DNA of 64,000 nucleotides from Tricharina praecox. Taxonomy: Eukaryota. The stretch spans positions 1,240,001 through 1,304,000 of the forward strand of contig NW_026250408.1 in the NCBI RefSeq assembly GCF_024521635.1, in the 5' to 3' direction. This document shows, one piece after another, positions 21,237 through 32,905 of the stretch; within the stretch, counting starts at the first letter, position 1; each line of letters begins with the position of its first letter. A program made the translations under genes and the position numbers. The notes below the pieces were generated by a model, which saw only the letters and a list, made by a program, of their open reading frames with translations, had not been told where the DNA came from and did not search any database.

Positions 21237-24204
21237 TTAGAATATCTCCCACGCCTTTTGATCCTCCTCGATGAGTTCGATAGCATCTTCAAGACTTCCC
21301 ATGACCAGGTTAGCAAACGCCCTCAACTGGTCCGTGTCCCTAGACTCTCCGTATCCCATCTCCAACAGTGATTGCACGCAGGCCTCGATTGGATCAGCCT
21401 CCGCCGTCTCCTCGGTCTGCTGTTCCGCCTGTCCGATCCACGGTGACCTCTCGCGAGCCTCCCATTCCAGGCGCTCGTCCCTCCGGCGGGCCTCGCGTTC
21501 GAGCTGCGCTTCATACTCACGCATTTCCTCTTCCCGCGCATACTCGGCCTGTTGGATGCGTTCCTCATTCTCGCGTTGCTCATCTGCCAGGCGTCGTTCC
21601 TGCTCCTCTCTAGCACGTGCTTGGGCTTCGAGCCTCTCCTCCATCTCGCGTTGTTGCTGCTGCACCTGGCGCGCCAGCTCCTCCGCCGCCTTCTCCCGCT
21701 GCTTCCGCTGCTGCTCGATCACCCGGTCCTGCTCCTTCATTTGCTCCTCCAACTCTTTGTCGGATTGTGCAACCTCGGCGTCCAACGCCGCCAACTTTTC
21801 TCGGACCCGGGCCTCCGAGAACGGGTTGTTGTCATCAGATGAGGATATAATGTGGTTGCCAATGATGTCCGAATAGGTTTGGAACATGTGAGGGGGAGCA
21901 TTTGCCGGTGCGGAAGGGGGGAAGATTTGGGTGAACGTGTTGAAAGGGAAGGTAGCTGGTGTTGGAGCAGGAAATGGCGAGGGGACTTCCGCTTCTGGTG
22001 AAGCCTCTTGTGGTGAGGGGATTCTTGGAGGCGTCGCGAATGGATCCTCCCTGGCATCGTCGTCTGAGGACGGTCCAACGAGACTGGGAAACGGCTGGGC
22101 AGGAGAGAGGGACCTTGAAAGGTCGACTGTCCGAAGAGGTCTCGGTGCCTCCGAAGGGAAATACGGAGGGCGGTAAATGGTGCCGCTGGCGCTGCCGAAG
22201 CGACGGAATGACATATGGGGGTGCGATGGTGGCGCTGGAGGGGGAGGCGGGGGAGGGAAGGAAGAAGTGCGGCAGTGGGGAGGAGGAGGTGGTGGTGGTG
22301 GTGGTGGGGGAGGAGGAGGAGGAGGAGGATGGAAGGGAAAGTTAGAGAACATCGCGGGGAAAGGGAAGGGTCGGAAATCGAAATCGCCAGGTGGACGTAG
22401 GGGGGCCGGTGGCAAGGGAGGAGATGGTGGCAGAGGTCGACCAAGCGGGATTGGTAGACGCGATTGACCAGGCTGCACGTAGTCAGAGTGATGTGGAGGT
22501 GGTGGCGGCGGCAGCGGATGTCCACGCGTGCAGGCACGTTGCGACCTATGGGAAAACGGGGGGTGGAAAGCGCCATGATGCCTCCGTGAGCCATGTCGAC
22601 GTCGATGATCGATCCCGGAATCATCACGAGAGCGCTCCAAGCGACTGCGATGTCTCGAGCCACAGCGATTTCGTCGACCCCCACGAGCATCCGCATCCTC
22701 GTCAGACTGCGAAGAGACGGAAGCCCGTTCTTTCTCGTCCGCAGCTTTCTCGTCCGCCTCTTTCTGATCGTCGTCGGTGGTTGCAGGCGCTCGATTGCTG
22801 GGACCTTGGGCGTAGCGTGCGATCTTGTCCATTTGCTGCCAAAACGCAACATCGTCGTTTTCTCTTCTCGGACGGAAGGGGTCAGCGTCCGACTCCCTTC
22901 GAGCATTCTTCTCCTTCACATCCTTGAGCCAATCGGCGCACGATTGGTAGTGTAAAGCAGAGGTGGAGGAGCGAGCAGCCGGAGTTGACATAGGCCGAGG
23001 GGAGGCATGATATAGTTCCCGATCTTCCTCATCCGCATCTGTTGATGTTGCCTGTTGGTGCGTCTCCGCCTTGGATTCACCAGCCTCCGTCGGGGTAGCC
23101 GGTGTCGAAAGCTCTGCCCGCTGTCCTGAAAACCCACGAACAACCTCGTGTGCACTCCTCTCAACCTCCTCTCTAGCCCTGCCGACCTCTCTCAACACTT
23201 CCCTCCTCGCATTGCCGGCAGCTTTCCTAGCCTCAACAGCGACCTCGCCGACAACCACACTCGCGCTTTGGCTAGCGACATGGCCAATACCGACGGCCAA
23301 ATTTCTAATCTTCTCCAAGACGGATTCGATCTCAGTGGTGTCGACTTCTCGCGTGACATTAGCCGCCTTTTGAGCCTTCATCGACGCATCCTGAGCGAGC
23401 TGCGAAAGCTGCGTGGTAAGCGCACCCATGGCACTGAACACGGTCTGGCTCAGGCCAACAACGGCCGGCTGCGCACGTTGTGGCAGCTCGGTGTGCAGTC
23501 GGTTGATGCTCTGACTGGCCCAGTTCATGCTCTCGACAGCCTGAGCAACGATATCGGCAGGGGTGGTGGTGGTGGAGCTGGCTCCGGCGGAGGATGAGCA
23601 AGGTGCTTGATCCCGCTTTTGCGTAGAAGCGAGCGTCTTTTCTTTTGGTTGCGATTGATCAAGTAGTTTTTGTAGCTCCTCTTCAAACACCGTCAAAAAC
23701 GGTTTCGGTTGCTCGCCCTCATCCGCAGTGAGGTAGCCCCCATCGACGACATCCACCTGTGGCTCCTCTTCTTCTTCGTCTGGCCGGACGGGCTCCTTAC
23801 CCTTTCCCTTTCGCTTGTCCTTGCGCTCGACGAATTCCTTCCACACACGGATGCCCTCCGCGGTATGGGGTGTTTGCGGCCAAGAGCGAAGCGATGTGAG
23901 AAGGTTAAACACGACTGGTCGAATGGATTGCAGTTCGTCAATGCGATCATAGAGTTCTATCGACGATCCGACCTGAAGACAACCCACGACGCATCAGTAA
24001 CTCTCGTAGCAAGCAAGAGGGGGAGGGTGTTTGTGTGTTCATCTGGCGGTGACGTACTGTGATAACCTCGCCGTCGTCGTCATCGACGTAGCCCAAAGTT
24101 GCGACGGGTTGTTCTTCGATGAGATCATCGTATTCTTGCGGCGACGAAAGCTGGATCTCGCCCAGCTCGTCCACGGTCTCACGGATGTGGAAGACGGGCA
24201 GCAT
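21237..24204 (-). CDS. Uncharacterised protein, about 960 aa: PB1-like N-terminus, Pro-rich disordered region, coiled coil, C-terminal UBA-like domain; exons 24204-24058, 23972-21237
   Basis: An 85-bp GTACGT...CTGAT...CAG intron joins YVDDDDGEVIT to VGSSIEL, giving an OPCA-like motif. The C-terminus IEACVQSLLEMGY...LEDAIELI is UBA-like. Confidence 0.8.
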
Positions 24205-26347
24205 GATGGGTGGTCGGTGGCGTCGAAACGAAGCAGCAGTTGCGATCGGAGCAGATGAGCTGCAAGCTCGGTTGGAGCTCGGAGCTAAAGTAGAAAATCC
24301 GGGGGCAGGCAGGTGAGTGTATGTAGTCTGTATGTGAGCCTGACGATAGATACGACTAGTAGTAACTAGAGAAGGCTCGAGCGGGTTAAAGTGGCTTCCA
24401 ACGACCAAGACGGGGCTGTGACAAGTACTCAGTTCGTCGGATATGGGGAAGGTTTGAGGTTGGAAGGGTTGGGTTGGAAGAGGAGAGGAAAGGAAGGAGG
24501 GAGACGAGAGGAAGGTAGAAGAAGAGAGGGGGCATGGAATGGGAAGGTTAGGTAAGTTACTTTGTACGTATGAGTCTGTTGTTTCGTGCACAGGTGACAA
24601 CGCTCCCCCACCCCACAGCCCAGCATAAGACTGACCTGACGGCCGGCAGCACCGATACGGTAGAGCACCTAGAATGCCAGAGTGCTGAGCGGACAGGGCT
24701 GTCTAGCGATCCACATGCTAGAGTGGTATATACAGCCTGTACATGGAGTTACAAATACCCTACAGCATGTAGAGTAGAGTGTGGACATAGTAACGCCACG
24801 CCGCCACCCTTCATGGCCGAGCATGGCCGTGAAATGGATTGTCCCCGCACTCACTCATTCACGGAACCTACTCGAATAGACTGCACGAGTGGCCATTGAC
24901 AGATATACTCAGTTGTCGGACTTCGGCTTCATTAACACGCCGAAGCCCGTGAGAAGAACGGTGTGCAAGCGAGAAAGAGTCAGTGTACGCGCGTACTCCC
25001 TGATAACCAGTAACTACTACTCACATCTTCTACACGCCACCAGCGCCATGGATGTTGATGTGGTTTCACAGCCAGCTCATTGGCGCCAGCGCGTCGTGGT
25101 GATTGGTCACTGGATTGGTGAGGACTTGCTGGGCCAGGCAGACGGATGGGTAGCCGTAAAGTGCGCCACGGCTTCCGGCTTACTTTGAGATCGCGAACAT
25201 AGAGTAACCCCATAGCCCTTTGTCCACTGTCGAACCGGTCCTTGGATCCTCGGTATCAGCATGATGTCCCAACAGCTGCCATATTACTCGAAGCTTCGCA
25301 GCAGTGGATATCACGCTCGACGACCGAGCACTCGTTGAGCTCGCCTTTTCCAAAAGGACCAGTGTTGAGAGAGATATGCTGCAACTCCACAATTTGCCAG
25401 GACCAGCTCGAGGCCCAGAGACACGGCTCCAGTGAATTCCGCGAGAGGCGGCGGGGGGAAGACTCTCGGAAGGAATCGACTGGTCTCAGTTACTTTGCGA
25501 CTTCACGATCCATTGGCCCGTGGCCTTGCACAACACTGCCACATGTCTACCAGAAGCATGTCGATGCCTGGGGGTGCCTGCTCTAGATCCCACCCACGGT
25601 GTGGCAGGAAGGACTCTCCGTTGGTTGTCTCCTCCAATAATCCTCGTGTGCTCCGGAGTGGTGGTTTTACCGAACTTCAATCGAGTGGGTGTCTGTGCCG
25701 TCATGTCATACAAGTCATAGTGCCCGCCGGCCATGTGATTGCGGTGAAGGCGACCCGGCCTGCCGACTGACGGTGTGCGTCTCCACTTTTATCGTTACCG
25801 TGATCGGCGGAGGGGCTACGCAGGCATGGTAATGGCATTCTTCTCTCTTCTCCGAGAACACGGATGGAATTGTTCTGTTTCTCATTCGTTTGCCCTGTAC
25901 CACTCGGCAACCGTTGCCCTTCGCAGCTAGGACCTAGTCGTGCTATCCCATCCCCTGCATCGCCCTAGGCGACTATTTTGTAGTGATTGTAGCTACTTCA
26001 TTGAAAACACCACGCCAACAACATCACCACGTCCTCCGTCGCCGCAACCCCGACTGTACGCCCCGGTTGACCCTCTCTCCCCTCCACCTCAACCATCTTC
26101 CCGACGGACTCGGAGCACAAGCGGGTCCAGCATAACGCGCCAGACCCCCACGACTTGGGCGTCTCCACCACCTCCATCCCCCGGCCTCCTCCGCATCTTC
26201 ACACTCTCACCACCACCAACACCCACACCAGCACCAACACCACAGCACGAGCTCTCCACTGCTCCATCAGCACAGCAGAGTTGGACGCGCAAGAGCATCC
26301 TTCGGCTCAGGTTCACGCGCGCCCGCAAGGAACCGTGGCCGATCGAA

Positions 26348-29300
26348 ATGACGTCGATATCGCCGGCACCGCCGGACGATAGCTCCCGGCTCGACTACGA
26401 TCAGGAAAATGACAGCACCCTGGACCACATGAGTCTTCCCGTCGACCAGCAGCGATATCTCATGGAGATCGAAAGCAGCTTTTATGTCGAGACGGACGCG
26501 GCGGGCCCGGTTACGAGACAGCGCTCGGGGGATCTCCGCCGAGAGCGCTCAGGGGAAATGAAGCGGCAGCGGTCGAGGGAACTCGGCCGGCAGCGCTCGG
26601 GCGAGAAGGTCAATGGACAGCGCTCCGGAGAGGTAGGGCTGCCGCCGCTGCCCGTGCATGAGGAGGAGAGCGAGGGCGACATCACGGCTCCGATCGGGCA
26701 CGACAGCAATGTCACGGCATCTACAGCTAGACAGGGATCTCGCGACCGCTCGGACTCGATCGCCGCTATAGTCGGGGATGAGACGTCCTCGCCCACCGAG
26801 GAGGACATCAAGAACCTGGAGACCTTCACTAGCTCGCCCACGGCGCTGGCGCATGTCAGGAACATCAGCCGCGCTGCAACGGCCAGTGAGAACCTGAACG
26901 AGATGTTCCGTGCCCAGGAGGAGGTCGAGGGAGGGTCGATTAGGACCATATCCCCAAGGCCGTCGGAGATAGGGCTTGCTCTGGAACGACAGCCTTCAAT
27001 CGCATCCGTTGTGTCTGTGGGGTCGTCACATAATGGGGCCAGCCGTGAACCAAGACCGTCCTCAGCGGCCACAAACCTTAGATCACAATCTGCACGGCCA
27101 CTCACAACTAAGCTCTCAGGCTCAAACATAAACTCTACCTCCTCCTCTCGATCGGACACCACAGCAACTGCATCACGGCAACGCAGATCAAAGTTCCTAC
27201 GTTCAAGGGATCAATCGCAGCGATCCAGCATCTCTTCAGTATCGGACATGCAAGGACAAGACGACGACGGCAGCACCGTCACGGCCGGTGATGGGGATCG
27301 CCAGGCTCTCTCACGGCAGACCTCTCTTGGCTCAATAGCCTCCGGTGTGACCGCACTCGGCAGCGGCAGTGTCTACGGGGGCGAACGTGGAAACGCGAAC
27401 ACCTCAGCAGCGGACCGGGCACTCGCTCGACTGGACGAAGAGGAGCGCAACTCCCGCCGAGGATCCGTGGCCGAAGTTGATACGAAAGAGAAAGATAAAG
27501 ACACCAAGGAAAAAGCAGCAACTGACGACGACCCCAAGAACCGGCCCGTTACCCCGAAAGAGCGGGCTATCCCGTTGGCGCAGCCCACAGACACCGTCAT
27601 CACCGCCCACGTCAAAAATGTTCGAGTCCCACCAACTGTTCAGCGAAGATTCTCCTCTCAACATCTGGGTGCAGCTCCCAATTCGCCGTCGAAGAAAGCA
27701 GTGGCTGCAGCGGGAACGCCGGCTACTACTGCTCGTGCGAGGGAAATGACGCTCAAGGAACAGACGGCGTCCATCGATCGCCTGCAGAAGGAGAACTTCG
27801 ATCTCAAGATCAAAGTGTATTACCTCAACGAGAAACTCGAGAAGCAGAGCGACGAGGGGGTGAAGGAAGCACTGCAGGAGAACGTCGACATGAAGGTGAA
27901 GCTTGCGGAGGGCATGAGGGAGCGCAAGGCCCTCAAGAAACGCATTCGTGAGCTCGAGCGGAAAGTCGAGGAACTCGGCGGCGAGAAGCAGAGAGAGGAA
28001 GAGGCGTCAGCTGCAGCTGAGTCTGAGGAGATATGGGAGCTCAGAGAGAGGATCGAGAAATATGAGGTTGAGATTGAAGGATATCGCAGAAGGGATACGG
28101 AGAAGACTGAGCGCATGCGCGAGTTCCGGAGACAGACCACTAATGGACATCAAGCGAATGAGGAATTGCTCGTAGGTTTACAATTCAGTTCCGAAATACT
28201 ATTCACTAACAACATTACAGGAGCAGATGCGCGATCTCCTTAACTCGGAGACTGCCCGTCGCGAGGCTGCTGACGCGGAAAACCTGCGGCTACGGGATGA
28301 AGTTTACCGCATGCGCGCTCATGACCACGCAACACCGCTATCCAGGGCCACATCGCGCTCCGAGCGCTCTCAGTCACGTAGCGGGGGTGCAGACAACGCC
28401 GCCGTCACACAATTGAGTCAAGTCCGTCGTGAGAACGAGGATCTCCGTCGCGAGGTTACCGCCCAGACATCAATGCTCACTTCACGCAATCGCGAGAAAG
28501 AGCGTTTGTACGCCGAGATTGAGGATCTCAAGATCTGCATGCGCAATGGCGGCCAGGCACCAGCATTCGAGAGCGCGTCTAGGGCTCCGTCGGTGTTTTC
28601 GGAACGGCTGGCTGAACGCTCAGGATCCCGGTCCGGCGGTGTTGCGAGTTCCGCTAGTACTCACGTTAGCACCGTTACCGAGTCCGAACGAGAGGACTTT
28701 GAAAACACCAACGGTGCCTTGCGTGACAGAATTTCTGAGCTCCGCCTCAAGAATCAGGACCTCGAACAGCAGATCGAAGAAGTCTTCCAGGAACTCGAAC
28801 ATCGGCGCGAAGAGCTCGATGCTACAGGCGAAGAACTCGACATGGCAAACGCCGAGCTCCAAGAGATGCAGAACGAGCGCGATGAAGCCTTGCAACAGCG
28901 CGAAGAGATCGAACTCGATTTCGACCAGCTCAAGGAGGAAGCGGAAGAGGAGCTCCGGCGCCTCGAGGATGAGGTTGATCTCCGCGGTAACGAAATCCTA
29001 CGGTTGGAAGACGAGATCCGGATCAAGGAAGAGGACTTCAGTGCTATGCAACGCGAGCTCCGCAATGTTTCCGATTCTGTGGTGCGGTTCGAAGATGCGC
29101 AGGAAATCCACCAGGGCGAGATCAGAAGATATGAAGAACGCATTCAGGACCTCGAACGTACCATCCATGAGAACGAACAGGAGATGAACGTCCTCGAGAA
29201 TACGCTCCGCGAGAACAACGAGAAGATTGAGCGCCTCACTGTGCAGGGCGAGAGTGCGAAGGGCGAGATTGCCTTCTTGAGGGAAGAGCAGGACGGAGAC

Positions 29301-31037
29301 AAAATCCTCATTGGAGAGCTGCAGAGTAAAATTAAGCAGCTTGACGCGGCGATAGAAGACGAGAGAGACAAGGTCCGCGATGCACGAGCACAAATCGACT
29401 CCGAGCGCAACCAGCGTGAGCAGCACGGTGATCTGCGCCAACAAGAATGGGAGCGCCGCCTGAACGAGAAGAGCCAAGAGCTCACGGCGACCAAAGACGA
29501 GATCCGCCGCCTCAAGAGCAAGGTCTGCAACCGCGAGGATGAGGCCAAAACCTGGAGGGAACGACTTGAAGATCTCGAGCGAGGCCTCAGGGAGGCACTG
29601 GGTGACCTGGGCGGTACCAGGGCCGGGCTTATGCAGGTTGGTCACATCCTTCCACGTCTGACACCATTCGATGCTCACTCAATCGAACAGTCCGTACTCA
29701 ACCTCCAAAACGACCTCGATGCCACCCTCGAAGACCTGGACCAAGCTCGTAACGAGCTGACGGAGAAAGACCGCAACCTCAAAGACCGCGAGAACCTTCT
29801 CGAGTCGATGGCGCTCGAGAGCCGAAAACTCACCGACCTCCTGGAGAAAGAACGTAGCCAGCGGGGACGCGACAAGAACGCTCTCGAAGTCCTCCAGTCC
29901 ACTACGACCCAGGACTCTCGGCGCATCAGTCAACACCAGCGCCAAACCGAAGTCCTCGAAAAGCAGCGGCAAAAGGAAGCGAAGAGCCTCAAGCATCTCG
30001 AAGACCAATTCAAGGAGCAGATCGCCGAGCGCAATAATCTTCTCCTCCAAGTCTGGCAGCGCCTATCCGCTGTTTGCGGCGCCGACTGGTCCTCGCGGAA
30101 TTCGCACGTCATCACTCCCAGTCCCTCGGGCGTGGACGACGGAAAGCTCTCTATGGATACCGCTATCATCTCTGCGTTCCCCGGCTTTACGAGGAACCTC
30201 ATGATCGCCGTCAAGACCATCGAAAGCATCGTCGCCGGCTTCAAGACGAAGTGCCGTGGCGTCGAACGCGACCTCTGGAAAGAGTATCAAGTGGTCGAGA
30301 ACGCCGTCGAGCAGCGCACAAGACGTATCGAGCGGCTGGAGGGGCTCATCCGCAACGGCATGGGCGAGGGCTCAGAGAAGATCCGGACGGAGCTGGCGAA
30401 GCTGCGTACCGAGAACCGCATGCTGAAGGCCGAGGTGGGCACGTTAAAGACGGAGAACACCGCGCACTCCGCGACAAACCCCAGTATTGCCATTTCTCCG
30501 CCCACGAAGCGCGACCGCTCGTCACGCACTCACACTCACTCTCACACATCCACCTCCCACTCAGCCGCCCCTGCGGAACACAAGGAAAAAGCCACCGAAA
30601 AGGCGCCGGAAAAAGACTCCCTGAAGGAACCCTCGAAACAGAGATCCTCCTCCTCGTCCTCGTCGCAGAAAGACAAGCCCCTCGCCGTAGTCCGCACCGA
30701 CACCCCGCCCACCGCCACGGCTACATCTAAGTCCACCTCCTCCACCTCCACCTCCAACCCCGCCGCCACCACCACCGGCGCCACCGGCTCCTCCACGGCC
30801 GAAGGCGGCAGCGGCGGCAGCGGTAGCGGCAGCGGAGCCGGCGGCGAAAAACGCTGGATCCTGCGGCTCCGCGAGCTCGAGAAGCGGCTGAAGCAGGAGC
30901 GCGAAGCGCGCCTCCTCGACCGCAGCATGGCAAACAAGAAGATACAGGAGACGCGCGGGGAGCGCGAGGAGATGAGGCGCGAGCTGGAGAGGGAGAGGGT
31001 ACGCGGGAATAGCGCTATGAGTGGACGGTCTTCCTGA
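26348..31037 (+). CDS. apsB: Centrosomin-family MTOC protein (ApsB/Mto1), about 1528 aa; exons 26348-28171, 28221-29636, 29691-31037
   Basis: CM1 motif MTLKEQ...LQKENFDLKIKVYYLNE, a long coiled coil, and C-terminal motif KRWILRLRELEKRLKQEREARLLDR. Start taken at the first in-frame ATG; an upstream exon is not excluded. Confidence 0.88.
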
Positions 31038-32219
31038 GTGAGTGACTCCACGTGATGATTGGTTTTTGGGTTTTGGAATGGATTGGTGTTGGCGTTTGAG
31101 TTTGAGTTTACTGCGATTGCGGAGACTGGGGAGGAGGGGGGGCGCGCGGGGGGAAGTGTTTTTGAAGTGGACGGAGTGGGTGTTATGATTATGGATACGA
31201 CCGATCAGATGATCAGATGCGATGAACGACCGTCGACGAACGAATAAATGCGATTAATGCGATTAATGAACTCTCTTTTCTTTGTTCTATTTTATCTTTC
31301 TTTTCTTTTCTTTCGGGGCGCTGTACAAGGTACTTTGCTCTACTCTACTCTACTCTAATGGAGCTGTCTCGATTCTCGATTCTCCCCCGGCTTTGTACGT
31401 GTGTGTTATCTGTGTCTTGTACCTATTTTTTACCCCCTTTGGATGGTATGGGGATGGGGATGGGGGGGATGGGCATTGGGGATGGTGATGGGGATGGGGA
31501 AGGGATATGGCTATGATTACCTACATAACCTTCTTATGTATGTACTTGAGTACTTCACTTGTTTTTTTACTTACTGTGAGAGTGGAGATGAGATACGCGG
31601 GTCAATACTAGTTGGTGGGATGTTTATTACTTGCTCGGGACTTGCGTGCTGTGTATTCTACTCGGGTCTCCAATGCCCATATGCACACCGAGTGACGGTT
31701 GGTCCGGTAGATGTCTGCGTTATCATGTTTCGACCAGGTCTTGACTTTGTTGGCTTTCCTGAGCCAATGGCGGACGCTGCCCACCAATACCATCCCCCAC
31801 CGCCGCTGAGGAAGTCGCAGCAAGCCAGCCAGCCAATCAGCCAGCCAGCCAACCAGCCAGTGAGTCAGCTAGCGGGGGTTTCGGAGCGGTGGAGAGAAGG
31901 GAACGAGAAGGAGGAGGTGGAGGGTGCTGAGCTGATGATTGGGGTCCCTACACCCTCCTTCGTGGCAGTGGCAGTGGCATCTCCTAGTGATAGAAGGAGT
32001 ACCGGTAGGACCCCGTAGCAGACTCTTTCTTTTTCCTAGCTTTGTATCTGCGGCACTGGCCAGGGCGGAGGGAGTCACGACGATCCATTACGGACTCACC
32101 CAGATACCGATATACATACCTAGGTCCGCACGCATTTCATAAACAAACAAAGCCATCCGCACCAGTGACCATACCACCACGCCTGTTCCAGAAGAGATGG
32201 GATATATTCCTCTATACCT

Positions 32220-32425
32220 TTCTTGCTTTCTTTCTTGCCTGCCTGCTTGCATCTTGCCTGCTTTCTTTCTTGCTTTCTTGCATGCCTTCTTTCTTGCCTT
32301 CTTTCTTGCCTGCCTGCCTTCTTGCCTGCTTGCCTGCTTGTTACTCTACACACGGTACTCCATTCTTCATACTTCTACTTTTCCCTTTACTTTACTTTAC
32401 TTTACTTTACTTTACTTTACTTTAC
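32220..32425. repeat. Compound microsatellite (CTTG/CTTT/CCTG)n followed by (TTTAC)n
   Basis: Read directly from the sequence; lies between two convergent genes. Confidence 0.85.
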
Positions 32426-32905
32426 TCGTGACATCCCGATTCCCTTCCGACAGAACGACCGATAACCGCAAGGAGATAAGTAGCCGTAGCCAACACACGC
32501 GCACGCACGACTCGTCACTCAGCTCTCTCTCTCATTTGCATATACCGCTTTGAGAAACTATTCCATCCCCACCCCCTCCCCCCGCCATCATAGGTAGGTT
32601 AGGTAGGAAGGTAAGTAGGTAGGTAGTAGTAATCAACAAGAAACGAACAAGAAACGAACAAGATAACGTAGAACCAGAACCAGAAAAAGAAAGAAGAAAT
32701 ATACAACCCCCAGAAAGATACAACCCCCAGAAAGAAGTTAATCCCCCCATAAGCAGACAGCAAGAAGTATGAAAAGTTTGAAAAAGGGAAAAGGGAAAAG
32801 GGAGACAGATAGTGAAAACCAAACTCAAGAATGAGAAGAAAAAAAAATCAATTACCGCCTTTAGCCCCCTCCCCACCCCCCGGCTCATCCTCCACCACAT
32901 CACAT

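Noticed and set aside
24880..25910. Possible gene or pseudogene between the PB1-UBA gene and apsB
   Set aside because: Only short ORFs, one splice-donor-like site and an imperfect hairpin; nothing supportable.
25940..26347. N-terminal extension of apsB from the ORF track
   Set aside because: Begins at GTG with no in-frame ATG before 26348; treated as probable 5' UTR, although an upstream exon is not excluded.
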